Source of the DNA: Anaeramoeba ignava BMAN
Taxonomy: Eukaryota > Protista > Anaeramoebae
Assembly (NCBI GenBank): GCA_028826165.1
Contig: JAPDFW010000058.1
Location: forward strand, 124,001-188,000
Direction of reading: 5' to 3'
Length of the DNA: 64,000 bases
Of the stretch, positions 12,691 to 23,370 are shown piece by piece (within the stretch, counting starts at the first letter, position 1; the number at the start of each line of letters is the position of its first letter). The notes under the pieces are model-generated. The model searched no databases and had not been told where the DNA came from. It worked only from the letters and a program-made list of their open reading frames with translations. The translations under genes were made by a program, and so were the position numbers.

Positions 12691-12798
12691 TATTTAATTT
12701 TTTAATTTTTTTTTTCCTTTTTAATTGTTAATTTTTTTTCCTTTTTCCTTTTTAATTGTTAATTTTTTTTCATTTTTTTTCTTTTTTTAAATTTTATT

Positions 12799-15700
12799 AT
12801 GACTTCAAAACCTGAATTAAATAATATAAAAAAACAAGAAGAACAAATGCAACAAACAAAAAAAGTAGAAAACATTAATGATAATTCAAAAAGAGGTGTT
12901 AAAGGTTTTTTATATTCGTTATTCGATTATGATAGATACATTCTTTTAAGAGAAGGAATAAATAATGCTTGTCAAAGTCTTTTTGACAAAAATTTACAAA
13001 GATCTTCAGCTCAAATTTTAGTGAGAGTAAAATTACAATTACAACTACAATTATAATTAAAATTAAAATTAAAATTAAAATTTAAATTAAAATTATAATT
13101 ACAATTACAATTAAAATTATAGTTACAATTACAATTAAAATTAAAATTCATTTCAAAATTCATTTCAAAATTATTTCAAAATTTATTTCAAATTAAAATT
13201 ACAATTAAAATTAAAATTAAAATTACAATTAAAATTAAAATTAAAATTAAAATTAAAATTAAAATTACAATTAAAATTAAAATTATAATTTATTTCAAAA
13301 TTTATTTCAATATTTATTTCAAAATTTATTTCAAAATTCATTTCAAAATTTATTTCAAAATTTATTTCAATATTTATTTCAAAATTTATTTCAAAATTTA
13401 TTTCAAATTTATTTAAAAATTTATTTCAAAATTTATTTCAAAATTTATTTCAAAATTTATTTCAATATTTATTTCAATATTTATTTCAAAATTTATTTCA
13501 ATATTTATTTTAAAATTTATTTCAAAATTTATTTCAAAATTTATTTCAAAATTTATTTAAATATTTATTTCAAAATTTATTTCAATATTTATTTCAAAAA
13601 TTTATTTCAAAATTTATTTCAAAATTTATTTCAAAATTTATTTCAAAATTTATTTCAATATTTATTTCAAAATTTATTTTAAAATTTATTTCAAAATTTA
13701 TTTCAAAATTTATTTCAAAATCAAATTTCAAAATTTATTTTAATAATTTAAAACAAGAATTTATTTTAATTTATTTTATTTTTTTCAAATGTTTATTTAA
13801 AAAAAATTTATTTCAATATTTATTTCAAAATTTATTTCAATTTATTTAAAGGTTATTTCGTTTATTCGATATTTTTTGATAGAACATTCTTTTTAAGAAA
13901 GGATTTATTTAAAATTTATTTCAAAATTTATTTCAATATTTATTTTTTTTTCAATATTTATTTCAATATTTATTTCAAAAGCTCATATTTCAATATTTAT
14001 TTTAAAATTTATTTTCAAATTTATTTAAAATTTATTTATTTATTTTAAAATTTAATATTTATTTTAAAAATTTATTTCAAAAATTTCAATATTTATTTTA
14101 AAATTTATTTCAAAATTTTATTTTAAATTTATTTCAAAATTTATTTCAAAATTTATTTAAAATTTATTTCAATATTTATTTCAAAATTTATTTCAAAACT
14201 TATTTCAAAAATTTATTTCAAAATTCATTTCAAATTTATTTCAAAACTTATTTCAAAATTTTATTTCAAAAATTTCAAATTTCAAAATTTATTTCAAAAT
14301 TTATTTCAAAATTTATTTCAAATTTATTTCAAAATTTATTTCAAAATATTTATTTTTCAAAAATTTATTTCAAAATTTATTTCAAAAATTTATTTCAAAA
14401 TTTATTTCAATATTTATTTATTTTATTTCAAAATTTATTTCAAAATTTATTTCCAAAATTTATTTCAAAATTTATTTCAATATTTATTTAAAATTTATTT
14501 CAAAATTTATTTCAAAAATTTATTTCATTATTTTTCAAATTTATTTCAAAATTTATTTCAATATTTATTTAAAAATTTATTTCAAAATTTATTTCAAAAC
14601 TTATTTCAAAATTTATTTCAAAATTTATTTAAAAATTTATTTCAAAATTTATTTCAAATTTATTTCAAAATTTATTTCAAAATTTATTTCAAAATTTATT
14701 TCAAAATTTATTTCAAAATTTATTTTAAAATTTATTTCAATATTTCAAAATTTATTTCAAAATTTATTTCAAAATTTATTTCAAAATTTATTTCAAAATT
14801 TATTTCAAAATTTATTTCAATATTTATTTAAAAATTTATTTCAAAATTTATTTCAATATTTATTTCAAAATTTATTTCAATATTTATTTTCAAAATTTAT
14901 TTCAAAATTTATTTCAATATTTATTTCAAAATTTATTTCAAAATTTATTTTAAAATTTATTTCAAAATTTATTTCAAAATTTATTTCAAAATTTATTTCA
15001 AAATTTATTTCAAAATTTATTTCAAAAATTCATTTCAAATTTATTTCAATATTTATTTCAAAAATTCATTTTAAAATTAAAATTATAAATCATTTCAAAA
15101 TTAGAATACAAAAGCTTATCTTATTTCTCATATTCGTGATGTCCAATTAAACAAAAATTTTATTCAACAAAATACTCATTATGAATTACAAAGTGGAATG
15201 CTTATCCATATTTTAGGCTCTCATAAACATAAATTTTTATATCTTTCTGCTCAAGATTCTTTAAATATGATATTTTCACCAAAAGAAATGAAAGAAAAAA
15301 TAGAAAAAAATAAAAAAGAAACAAAAGAAAAATTTGAAAATGAAAGAAATTTAAAAGGAGATCTCAAAAAAAAATATCATGAAAAATTTCAGAAACTTTT
15401 TATTCCAATTCAAAATAATAATTCTCAACCAAAAATCAAAAATATTATAAAGAAAGAAATCTATGAACAAATGAAATTAATGTGTTCATTCCCATTACAA
15501 GATGATGAATTAGTAAAAAAAACAAGAAGCAAATTTCGAGAAAATATCCTTTTTGTTTCAAAAAAAGGTAAAGAAATAATTAAATAAAGAAAACAAAAAA
15601 TTAATTTAAAACGTATTATATGAATAGGGACTGAAGACATACAATACCAATTATGCAAACATATTGCTAAAGAAAATCAGGCTGGTTTTCTTAAAGTTGA

Positions 15701-18469
15701 TTTTTCAACTTTTTTCCCTGTTATAAAAGAATCCAAAACAAAACAAAATAATGATAACACAAATACATCGGGAAATTTATTTGATTCAGAAAATTCAAAA
15801 AATAAAGAGAATTCAAATGATTTCGATGTTTCAGACGATTTGGATATTCTCGATGATATTGAGGAGGATTCAGACGATTTTGAGCAAAGTAAATACGATG
15901 AGGATCCAAATCAAGACAACGAATTTGAGCCAGGACAACTGATCAAATTTGTTGGAACAACACTCTCACTTGATACTGTGCTTCTTCTTAATGGAACTCA
16001 ACTCGCAACACCCAAATTAGGGCCATTGTTTGGATCAGTTGGGTTTGTTCAAATAACGTTTCCAAATTCAAACTATGTTGGAGTGCAGTTTAACAATAAA
16101 TTATCATCAAGAAACGGGCATACTCTTGGAGGAATTTGCGAGCAAGGAGTGGGAGCATTTGTTAGGAAGAAGGATCTTGAAAAAGCAACAGGATTTGTAA
16201 ATAAGAAAATCCAAATGCTTCTTTTTCTTGATACTTTATTTGAATTTGTGCAAGACCAAAAGAACCAGCCACTTTTGATTTATATTCGAGATCCTGATTT
16301 GATTTTGTTTGACTTCCCCGAGATTTATCATTTTATGCAATTCAAGATGAAAATTGTTGTGAATGTGAAAGCCATTTTTATATTTGCAGTTTCAACAGAC
16401 AAATGGGACTATTTTGTCGAAGTCCCAAATATACAATCAAGCAATATTGTCTCGTTTATAATGCCGAGAATGCTTGAAACAACAAAAATCACGAACTCGG
16501 ATATTTCTGAGACTTCTCGCATTCCGAAATATCTTGATATGGTTCGGAGGAAGTTCCACAAACTTGTTGCAAATTGGATGGATTTTCAGGTTGTTAATTC
16601 GATGAGGAAAATATTCACAATGATTATTCTACTTCCTCCGCCAACACATTTTACTTCTCTTATTGAGTGGAATAACAAGGTTTCCCGATGTTTAGAAAGG
16701 AAAAATGCGATTCATAACCGCAAATTGTTGAATAGTTTGATTTCTGAATGCAATGTTGAATTGGATTTTCATTTGAAGTTTGCCAATTTTGAGAAGAAAT
16801 TGAATCGAAACCAAATCATAAGAATTATAAGGAATGCGATTTCACAAAATTTATTAAGAAATACTTTTGAAAAGCCAAATAATGAAAAAGTTCTGTTATC
16901 AAAACAAGATATTCAACAAGGATATCAACTTTATACACTTTCCAAAAAAAATCATGCAAAAAAAGCAGTTGAAAATGAGGAAGATTTAGATGAATTTGAG
17001 AAGAAATGGATTCCTCACATTATTAAGCCTGATATGACTGGTGTATCTTTTAAAGATGTTGCTGGACTTGAAAATGAAATTTCTGCACTTCAAGAAATTG
17101 TAATACTTCCATTGAAAAGACCTGATTTATTTCAAAGAGGAAATTTAGCGAAGCCACTTCAAGGAGTACTTTTAGTTGGAGCTCCTGGAACAGGAAAAGT
17201 ATATTTTTTTAAAATCAAAATCTATTAAAATTCATTTAATATTAAAATCAAAATCAAAATCTATTAAAATTTATTTAATATTAAAATCAAAATCAAAATC
17301 TATTAAAATTCATTTAATATTAAAATCAAAATCAAAATTCAATTAAAATTCAAATCAAAATTCAATAAAATCAAAATCGGAAAAAAATTTAGACTTTGGT
17401 TGCAAAAGCTTTAGCAACAGAATCTCAAGCTCATTTTATCAATGTATCAATAAATAATATTAGTTCAAAACATTTTGGTGAAGCTGAAAAAAATGTTAGA
17501 GCTTTATTTACTCTTGCTTATAAATTATCACCTTCAGTAATATTTATAGATGATGTTGATTGTTTTTTAAATCAACGTTCTTCTGATCATCAAGAATCTG
17601 AAGGATATAAAATTAAAAACTCTGTAAATTATTTATAAAATTCATTATAAAATTCATTATAAAATTATTTATAAAATTAATTATAAAATTATTTATAAAA
17701 TTAATTATAAAATTATTTATAAAATTAATTATAAAATTATTTATAAAATTATTTATAAAATTATTTATAAAATTATTTATAAAATTATTTATAAAATTAT
17801 TTATAAAATTATTTATAAAATTCTTTATAAAATTATTTATAAAATTATTTATAAAATTATTTATAAAATTATTTATAAAATTATTTATAAAATTATTTAT
17901 AAAATTCATTATAAAATTATTTATAAAATTATTATAAAATTTAAATTTAAAATTAAAATTATAAAATTAAAAATTAAAAGTTCCTTGAATTTTGGGATGG
18001 AATGAAAAGTTCAGAATATGAAAGAGTTATTGTTGTTGCAGCAACAAATAGACCACAAGATTTAGATGATGCAATTTTAAGGAGATTTTCAAGACAAATA
18101 TTTTTAGATATTCCCAACAAAAATGAAAGGGAGAAAATAATAAGATTAATTTTAAAAGATGAAGAACTTGAAGAAAATTTTGATTTTAATAGATTAGCAG
18201 AAGAAACACCAGGTTTTACAGGAAGTGATTTAAGAAATTTATCAGTTTTGGCTGCTCATCAACCAATAAGAGAAATTTTATCAAAAAAATTATCAAAACT
18301 TTCTGATATTTCTTTTAGACCTTTAACTTTATATGATTTTCAAGAATCAATTCCTTTAATTGTTAATTTTATGAATGAAAATCAAGATTCTGAATCTTAT
18401 ACTGAATTATTAAAATGGAGGAAAAAACCTCAAAATTTACAAGAACCTTATGATCAAATGTTTAATTAA
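12799..18469 (+). CDS. AAA ATPase, ATAD1/Msp1-related long form with a degenerate N-terminal AAA-like region; exons 12799-13020, 15105-15567, 15628-17198, 17393-17623, 17981-18469
   Basis: Splicing joins GAPGTGK|TLVAKALA, VIFIDDVD, KIKNS|FLEFWDGM and AATNRPQDLDDAILRRF. Upstream NILFVSKKGTEDIQYQLCKHIAK resembles the first pseudo-AAA region of the long plant/amoebozoan forms. Confidence 0.85.
13290..15060 (+). repeat. 13-bp satellite (AAAATTTATTTCA)n filling a ~2.1-kb intron
   Basis: More than 100 degenerate copies within intron 13021-15104. Confidence 0.92.
17630..17935 (+). repeat. 12-bp intronic repeat (ATAAAATTATTT)n
   Basis: Inside intron 17624-17980; gives the spurious NFIN ORF. Confidence 0.9.
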
Positions 18470-18519
18470 ATTAAATTAAATTAAATTTGATTACAGATTA
18501 CAATTAAAATTAAATTAAA

Positions 18520-19280
18520 TAAAATTGATTAAAATTGATTAAAATTGATTAAAATTGATTAAAAATTTATTAAAAATTTATTAAAAATTTATTAAAAATT
18601 GATTAAAAATTAATTAAAATTGATTAAATTGATTAAAAATTAATTAAAAATTAATTAAAAATTAATTAAAAATTAATTAAAAATTAATTAAAAATTGATT
18701 AAAATTAATTAAAAATTGATTAAAAATTAATTAAAATTGATTAAATTGATTAAAAATTGATTAAAAATTAATTAAAAATTAATTAAAAATTAATTAAAAA
18801 TTAATTAAAATTAATTACAAATTGATTACAAATTGATTAAAATTGATTAAAAATTGATTAAAATTGATTACAAATTAATTAAAAATTAAATAAAATTTAT
18901 TAAAAATTAATTAAAAATTAATTAAAAATTGATTAAAATTGATTAAAAATTAATTAAAATTGATTAAAAATTGATTAAAAATAAATTAAAATTAATTAAA
19001 AATTAATTTAAAAATTAATTACAAATTGATTACAAATTGATTAAAATTGATTAAAAATTGATTAAAAATTGATTACAAATTGATTAAAATTGATTAAAAA
19101 TTAATTAAAAATTGATTAAAAATTGATTAAAAATTAATTAAAAATTAATTAAAAATTAATTAAAAATTAATTAAAAATTGATTTAAAATTGATTAAAAAT
19201 TAATTAAAAATTGATTAAAAATTGATTAAAAATTAATTAAAAATTGATTAAAAATTAATTAAAAATTGATTAAAAATTAA
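18520..19280. repeat. 11-12-bp intergenic satellite (AAAAATT[A/G]ATTA)n
   Basis: Visible periodicity between the AAA and phosphorylase genes. Confidence 0.9.
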
Positions 19281-19420
19281 ATATTTGTTTTATTTTAAAA
19301 TATATTTTGCTTTTTTTTAAATTTATTTTTTTTTAAATAAATCTTTTTTGAAAAATCATTTTTTTTTTTTAAAAAAATTTTTTGAAAGTTTAAAAAAAAT
19401 TAATAAGAGAAAAAAACAAA

Positions 19421-20353
19421 ATGGAAGAAAAAAAATTAGACGGACAAGCAGTAGGAGATTGCAAAGATGTACATTTACCAATGGACGATGAAGGAAGATT
19501 GTATCACATTGGATTAAAAAGGGGGGAATTGGCCAATCGAATAATAACAGTTGGAGATCCTTTAAGAGCAAGATCGATGTCAGAATTACTTGATAAAATT
19601 CTCTTTGAGCATCACTCAAATCGAGGGTACAGCACATACACAGGACTCAGGAATAATGTGCCGATATCGATTATTGCCACAGGAATGGGTCTTCCACTCG
19701 TGGATTTCATGGTAAGAGAGGGTCGAGTCATTGTCGATGGTCCCATGCATATTGTGAGATTCGGGACCTGTGGATGTCTTGATGGTGAGATACCTGTTGG
19801 CCATGTTATTGTGGCTTCAAAAGGCTCTGCGCTAGCCACGAGAGATTATGATGCCGTTGAGGAGAATTTGCAATCAAAAGAGGTCAAGAATAAAATTCCA
19901 TATATCCTGACTAAAGTCATCCCTTCTGATCCTGAGTTGAATAAAGCGATTCTTTCTGAGTTGAAGGAGAAGTTGGGTGAGGAGAAAGTCCATGAAGGTG
20001 TTAATATCACTGCAGATTCTTTTTACTCTTCTCAAGGAAGATTGAATCCTGATTTTAATGATTATAATTCAGATTTAATTGAGGAAATTTTGAGAAAATA
20101 TCCTGATGCTGTTAGTTTTGAAATGGAAACATATCTTTATCTTCATCTTGCTAGATCTTCAGTTTCTAAACCTATTTTTGCTACTGCTGCTTGTATTGCT
20201 CTTGCTCAAAGAAAACAGGACGTTTTTTTGGATACTGAAACTAAACATAAAGTTGAAAAACTTGGTGGTCAAGCTCTTATTGATGCTCTTTCTAAATTGG
20301 TGATTAAAGATGAAATGAATACTGATGAATGTGTTTGGAAAAAACAAAATTAA
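19421..20353 (+). CDS. Uridine phosphorylase / NP-I family nucleoside phosphorylase, intronless
   Basis: LYHIGLKRGELANRIITVGDPLRA, ATGMG, RFGTCG, TADSFYSSQGR, FEMET. Confidence 0.88.
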   Translation: MEEKKLDGQAVGDCKDVHLPMDDEGRLYHIGLKRGELANRIITVGDPLRARSMSELLDKILFEHHSNRGYSTYTGLRNNVPISIIATGMGLPLVDFMVREGRVIVDGPMHIVRFGTCGCLDGEIPVGHVIVASKGSALATRDYDAVEENLQSKEVKNKIPYILTKVIPSDPELNKAILSELKEKLGEEKVHEGVNITADSFYSSQGRLNPDFNDYNSDLIEEILRKYPDAVSFEMETYLYLHLARSSVSKPIFATAACIALAQRKQDVFLDTETKHKVEKLGGQALIDALSKLVIKDEMNTDECVWKKQN

Positions 20354-20439
20354 TTTTCCGTTTTTTTTACTTTTTTTACTTTTTAAAAAAATTTCAAACA
20401 ATAAAATCCAAAAACAACAAATCAATCAATCAATCAATC

Positions 20440-20580
20440 AATTTTGATTTTATTTTTGATTTTAATTTTGATTTTAATTTTAATTTTAATTTTGATTTTA
20501 ATTTTGATTTTAATTTTAATTTTAATTTTAATTTTAATTTTAATTTTAATTTTAATTTTAATTTTAATTTTAATTTTGTT
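20440..20580. repeat. (TTTTAA/TTTTGA)n microsatellite between convergent genes
   Basis: Hexamer run. Confidence 0.85.
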
Positions 20581-20581
20581 T

Positions 20582-23245
20582 TTAAATTTCAATATCTTCA
20601 AATTGAACCAAAGAATTAATACAACTAAATCCAACATATTGTATATTTTTAAAAGGAGAATCATCAACATATTCTAAAATTTTATTTGGTCCAAGTTGCT
20701 CAACATGAAACAATTTCAAAACTGGTGGATCTAAAACAAGTTTATACTCGATATAATTTGATGTGTTATATCCTTTATTAAAAGAATCACAAGTACAAAC
20801 AACTTCAAGATCATCTCCTTTAGGCTTTTGTATATAACTAATCTTCTTGAAATTCTTTTTATCACTTGGAGAATCAATTGCAATAATATAATTCTCTTTT
20901 CCACCAAATGATTTTCCCGATTGAAGCTCATTATAATTACTTAATATCACACGAATATCAACCCCAAGAGCTTTGAAAGTCACATTCATTTTGCCAGATA
21001 CTTTGGATTTTGCTGGAATAAAACAAGGATCCCCATTCTTATTTTCAAGTGTAAAGCAAAATCCTTTGAAATTTTCTCGATTTTCATTTGCATTAAAAAC
21101 AACCTTTTTCGCATTTGAATCATCCAATGAATTTTTTGTTGTTACTAAATCATACTTTAAAGCAAAATCAATTGTATCTTTATAAGAAGAACAAATTTTC
21201 AACCGATTTTTGAAAAGTTCTTTGATCCTCTTTCTTAAAATAACATCCAAAGTCGCGTAGTCTTCAGAATGAATCACAATACTCTCCACAAAAGATAAAG
21301 GAACCAATTGAGGAAGATGAACCTCGAAATACGAATCAACATAGTCTTCCCAATAACTCTTAATATCTGCAAAACTAACTCTTTTCGCAGATTTCTTTCT
21401 TCGACTCATCATTTCTAGTTCGTTTGCTAAAACTTCTGACCATTCAGGTGTTGTTGGATGAAGTTTTGATCGATGAAAAAACTCAACTCCATCTTTCAAA
21501 CCTTGAGAAATTGCCCATGGTCTTGCTAACTTAAGACGAGGAAGCCCAAATGAAGTGCATGCTATTGGAGTGATTGAAGTATCAGGATGAAAAAGAATTT
21601 TTCGATTCAGAATAAAAAGAACATTCCCATAAAATTTTTTCCCTGAATTTGGACCTAATGTTGCAAAAACATGATGATGAGTTCCATAAACAAAATCTGA
21701 TTGAGCACCAATTCCTGTTGGTGAATTAAAATTGATAACCTCATGACAAATTTGGTCGACTCTTTCAATAAGAGAATGAAATGATTCTTTCCCCATTTTT
21801 TGTGTGAATTTTCTTGTTAGTTCTTGATATTTTTGGTTTTTTTCTTTCTCTTTTTGATTTTGATTTTGATTTTGAATTTGATTTTGATTTAAATTTTGAT
21901 TTTGATTTTCTTGAATATTTGAAAGTGTTTTACTATTCTCAAGATGTAGAACAAGTAAAGATCTGATCTGATGAAACTCTAATTTACAATTAGAAAGTAT
22001 CTCAAAAATCCTCAAATCAGCATAACATTCTCGAAGTGCTGCTTCATGAGGTTTTTCATGAAGAAAGAACTGGAAAGCTCTTGAAAAAATTGTTCCATGT
22101 TGAATGATTTTCTCTAAAATACCAACTCTGCATCGGTGACAAGGACGCAGTGATTCAATCCAAAGAGCAGTTTTTTTTGTGTGAAGTAACTGCTCTGAAA
22201 ATTGTTGCAATCCACTTTTCAAAAAAATTGCATTTTCAAGAAAATCAATATCACGATTGAGTCCAAGAACATCGCTTGATATTTCTGACATCGGAGGATG
22301 AGAATACTTCTCACAATGGATTGGATTGTCCATCAATTTACAAAATTTGCCATCTCTACAAGGAATTTTTTGTTGGCGAATATTTGGATGAGAAAAATTA
22401 AGACAATGTTGAGGATCGTTGATAAAAGGACATTTTGATCCTAACTCACACTCACGGATACCTGGATGATAATATTTTAAGCAATGTTGGGGATCGTTTC
22501 TCGATAAAAGAAGACACTTTGTTCCATAACGGCAAGGATGAGATTTTCGGGACAAATGGCGAAGAAATTTCTGTCTCAATTCTTTTCCATTATCAAAAAG
22601 AGCATAAAAAGCAAAATTATTATTTCTAAATTTCTCACAATTTTCTCCTGCTGAACAAGGTGGAAGAAAAGGATGTAAAAAACTCTCAAGATGTGATTTA
22701 TCGTTGAATTTCTGGCAATAATTAAACTCAGGACATGGGACTTGTTTATGCATAAATTTCTTCAAATGTTGGTGATCTGTAACCCATTGAGTGCATTTAT
22801 ATTCAAATGGACATTCTTTTGGATGTGAATATTTCAATCTATGATTTGGATCAACCCAATATTTTTTACATTTTGAACCTTTGATACATTTTGGTTTAAT
22901 TTGGGAATTTTGAATTTCTTGAGTTTTTTGATTATTTTCACTTTCTGATTCAGATTCAGAATTTGTGGATAATTCTGATTCTGAACTTGAATTTGAATCT
23001 GAATTTGAATTTGAATTTAATTCTGAATTTGAATTTGAATTTGAATTTGAATTTGAATTTGAATTTGAATTTGAATTTGAATTTGAATTTGAATTTAATT
23101 CTGAATTTGAATTTGATTTTGATTTTGATTTTGAATTTGAATTTGAATTTGAATTTGATTTTGAATTTGAATTTGAATTTAATTCTGAATTTGAATTTGA
23201 ATTTAATTCTGAATTTGAATTTGATTGATTTCTTAAATTATCCAT
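20582..23245 (-). CDS. 887-aa protein: S/N-rich N-terminus, ~7 PBZ-like CCHH zinc fingers, DarT-like ADP-ribosyltransferase-like domain, C-terminal Methyltransf_FA-like beta domain
   Basis: Intronless ORF with repeated C-x5-C-x6-10-H-x5-H(P) units. HRCRVGILEKIIQHGTIFSR ... HVFATLG ... YFEVHLPQLVPLSFVESIVI follows. The C-terminus is VTFKALGVDIRVILS...ILEYVDDSPFKNIQYVGFS. The ORF is solid; the domain calls are by eye. Confidence 0.7.
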   Translation of the reverse strand: MDNLRNQSNSNSELNSNSNSELNSNSNSKSNSNSNSNSKSKSKSNSNSELNSNSNSNSNSNSNSNSNSNSNSNSELNSNSNSDSNSSSESELSTNSESESESENNQKTQEIQNSQIKPKCIKGSKCKKYWVDPNHRLKYSHPKECPFEYKCTQWVTDHQHLKKFMHKQVPCPEFNYCQKFNDKSHLESFLHPFLPPCSAGENCEKFRNNNFAFYALFDNGKELRQKFLRHLSRKSHPCRYGTKCLLLSRNDPQHCLKYYHPGIRECELGSKCPFINDPQHCLNFSHPNIRQQKIPCRDGKFCKLMDNPIHCEKYSHPPMSEISSDVLGLNRDIDFLENAIFLKSGLQQFSEQLLHTKKTALWIESLRPCHRCRVGILEKIIQHGTIFSRAFQFFLHEKPHEAALRECYADLRIFEILSNCKLEFHQIRSLLVLHLENSKTLSNIQENQNQNLNQNQIQNQNQNQKEKEKNQKYQELTRKFTQKMGKESFHSLIERVDQICHEVINFNSPTGIGAQSDFVYGTHHHVFATLGPNSGKKFYGNVLFILNRKILFHPDTSITPIACTSFGLPRLKLARPWAISQGLKDGVEFFHRSKLHPTTPEWSEVLANELEMMSRRKKSAKRVSFADIKSYWEDYVDSYFEVHLPQLVPLSFVESIVIHSEDYATLDVILRKRIKELFKNRLKICSSYKDTIDFALKYDLVTTKNSLDDSNAKKVVFNANENRENFKGFCFTLENKNGDPCFIPAKSKVSGKMNVTFKALGVDIRVILSNYNELQSGKSFGGKENYIIAIDSPSDKKNFKKISYIQKPKGDDLEVVCTCDSFNKGYNTSNYIEYKLVLDPPVLKLFHVEQLGPNKILEYVDDSPFKNIQYVGFSCINSLVQFEDIEI

Positions 23246-23370
23246 TAAATTTAAAAAAATGAATTTTTATTTTTCTAAAAAAATTTATTTCCTTTCTAAA
23301 AAAAAAAAGTTTTAATCATTTCTTTCAAAATTTAAAAAGATTCATATCAATCCATTATTTAATATTGATT

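Noticed and set aside
19421-20353. Recent bacterial transfer of the uridine phosphorylase
   Set aside because: It is intronless and somewhat GC-richer, but similar enzymes occur in many protists and fungi. High expression could explain the codon bias, and a phylogeny would be needed.
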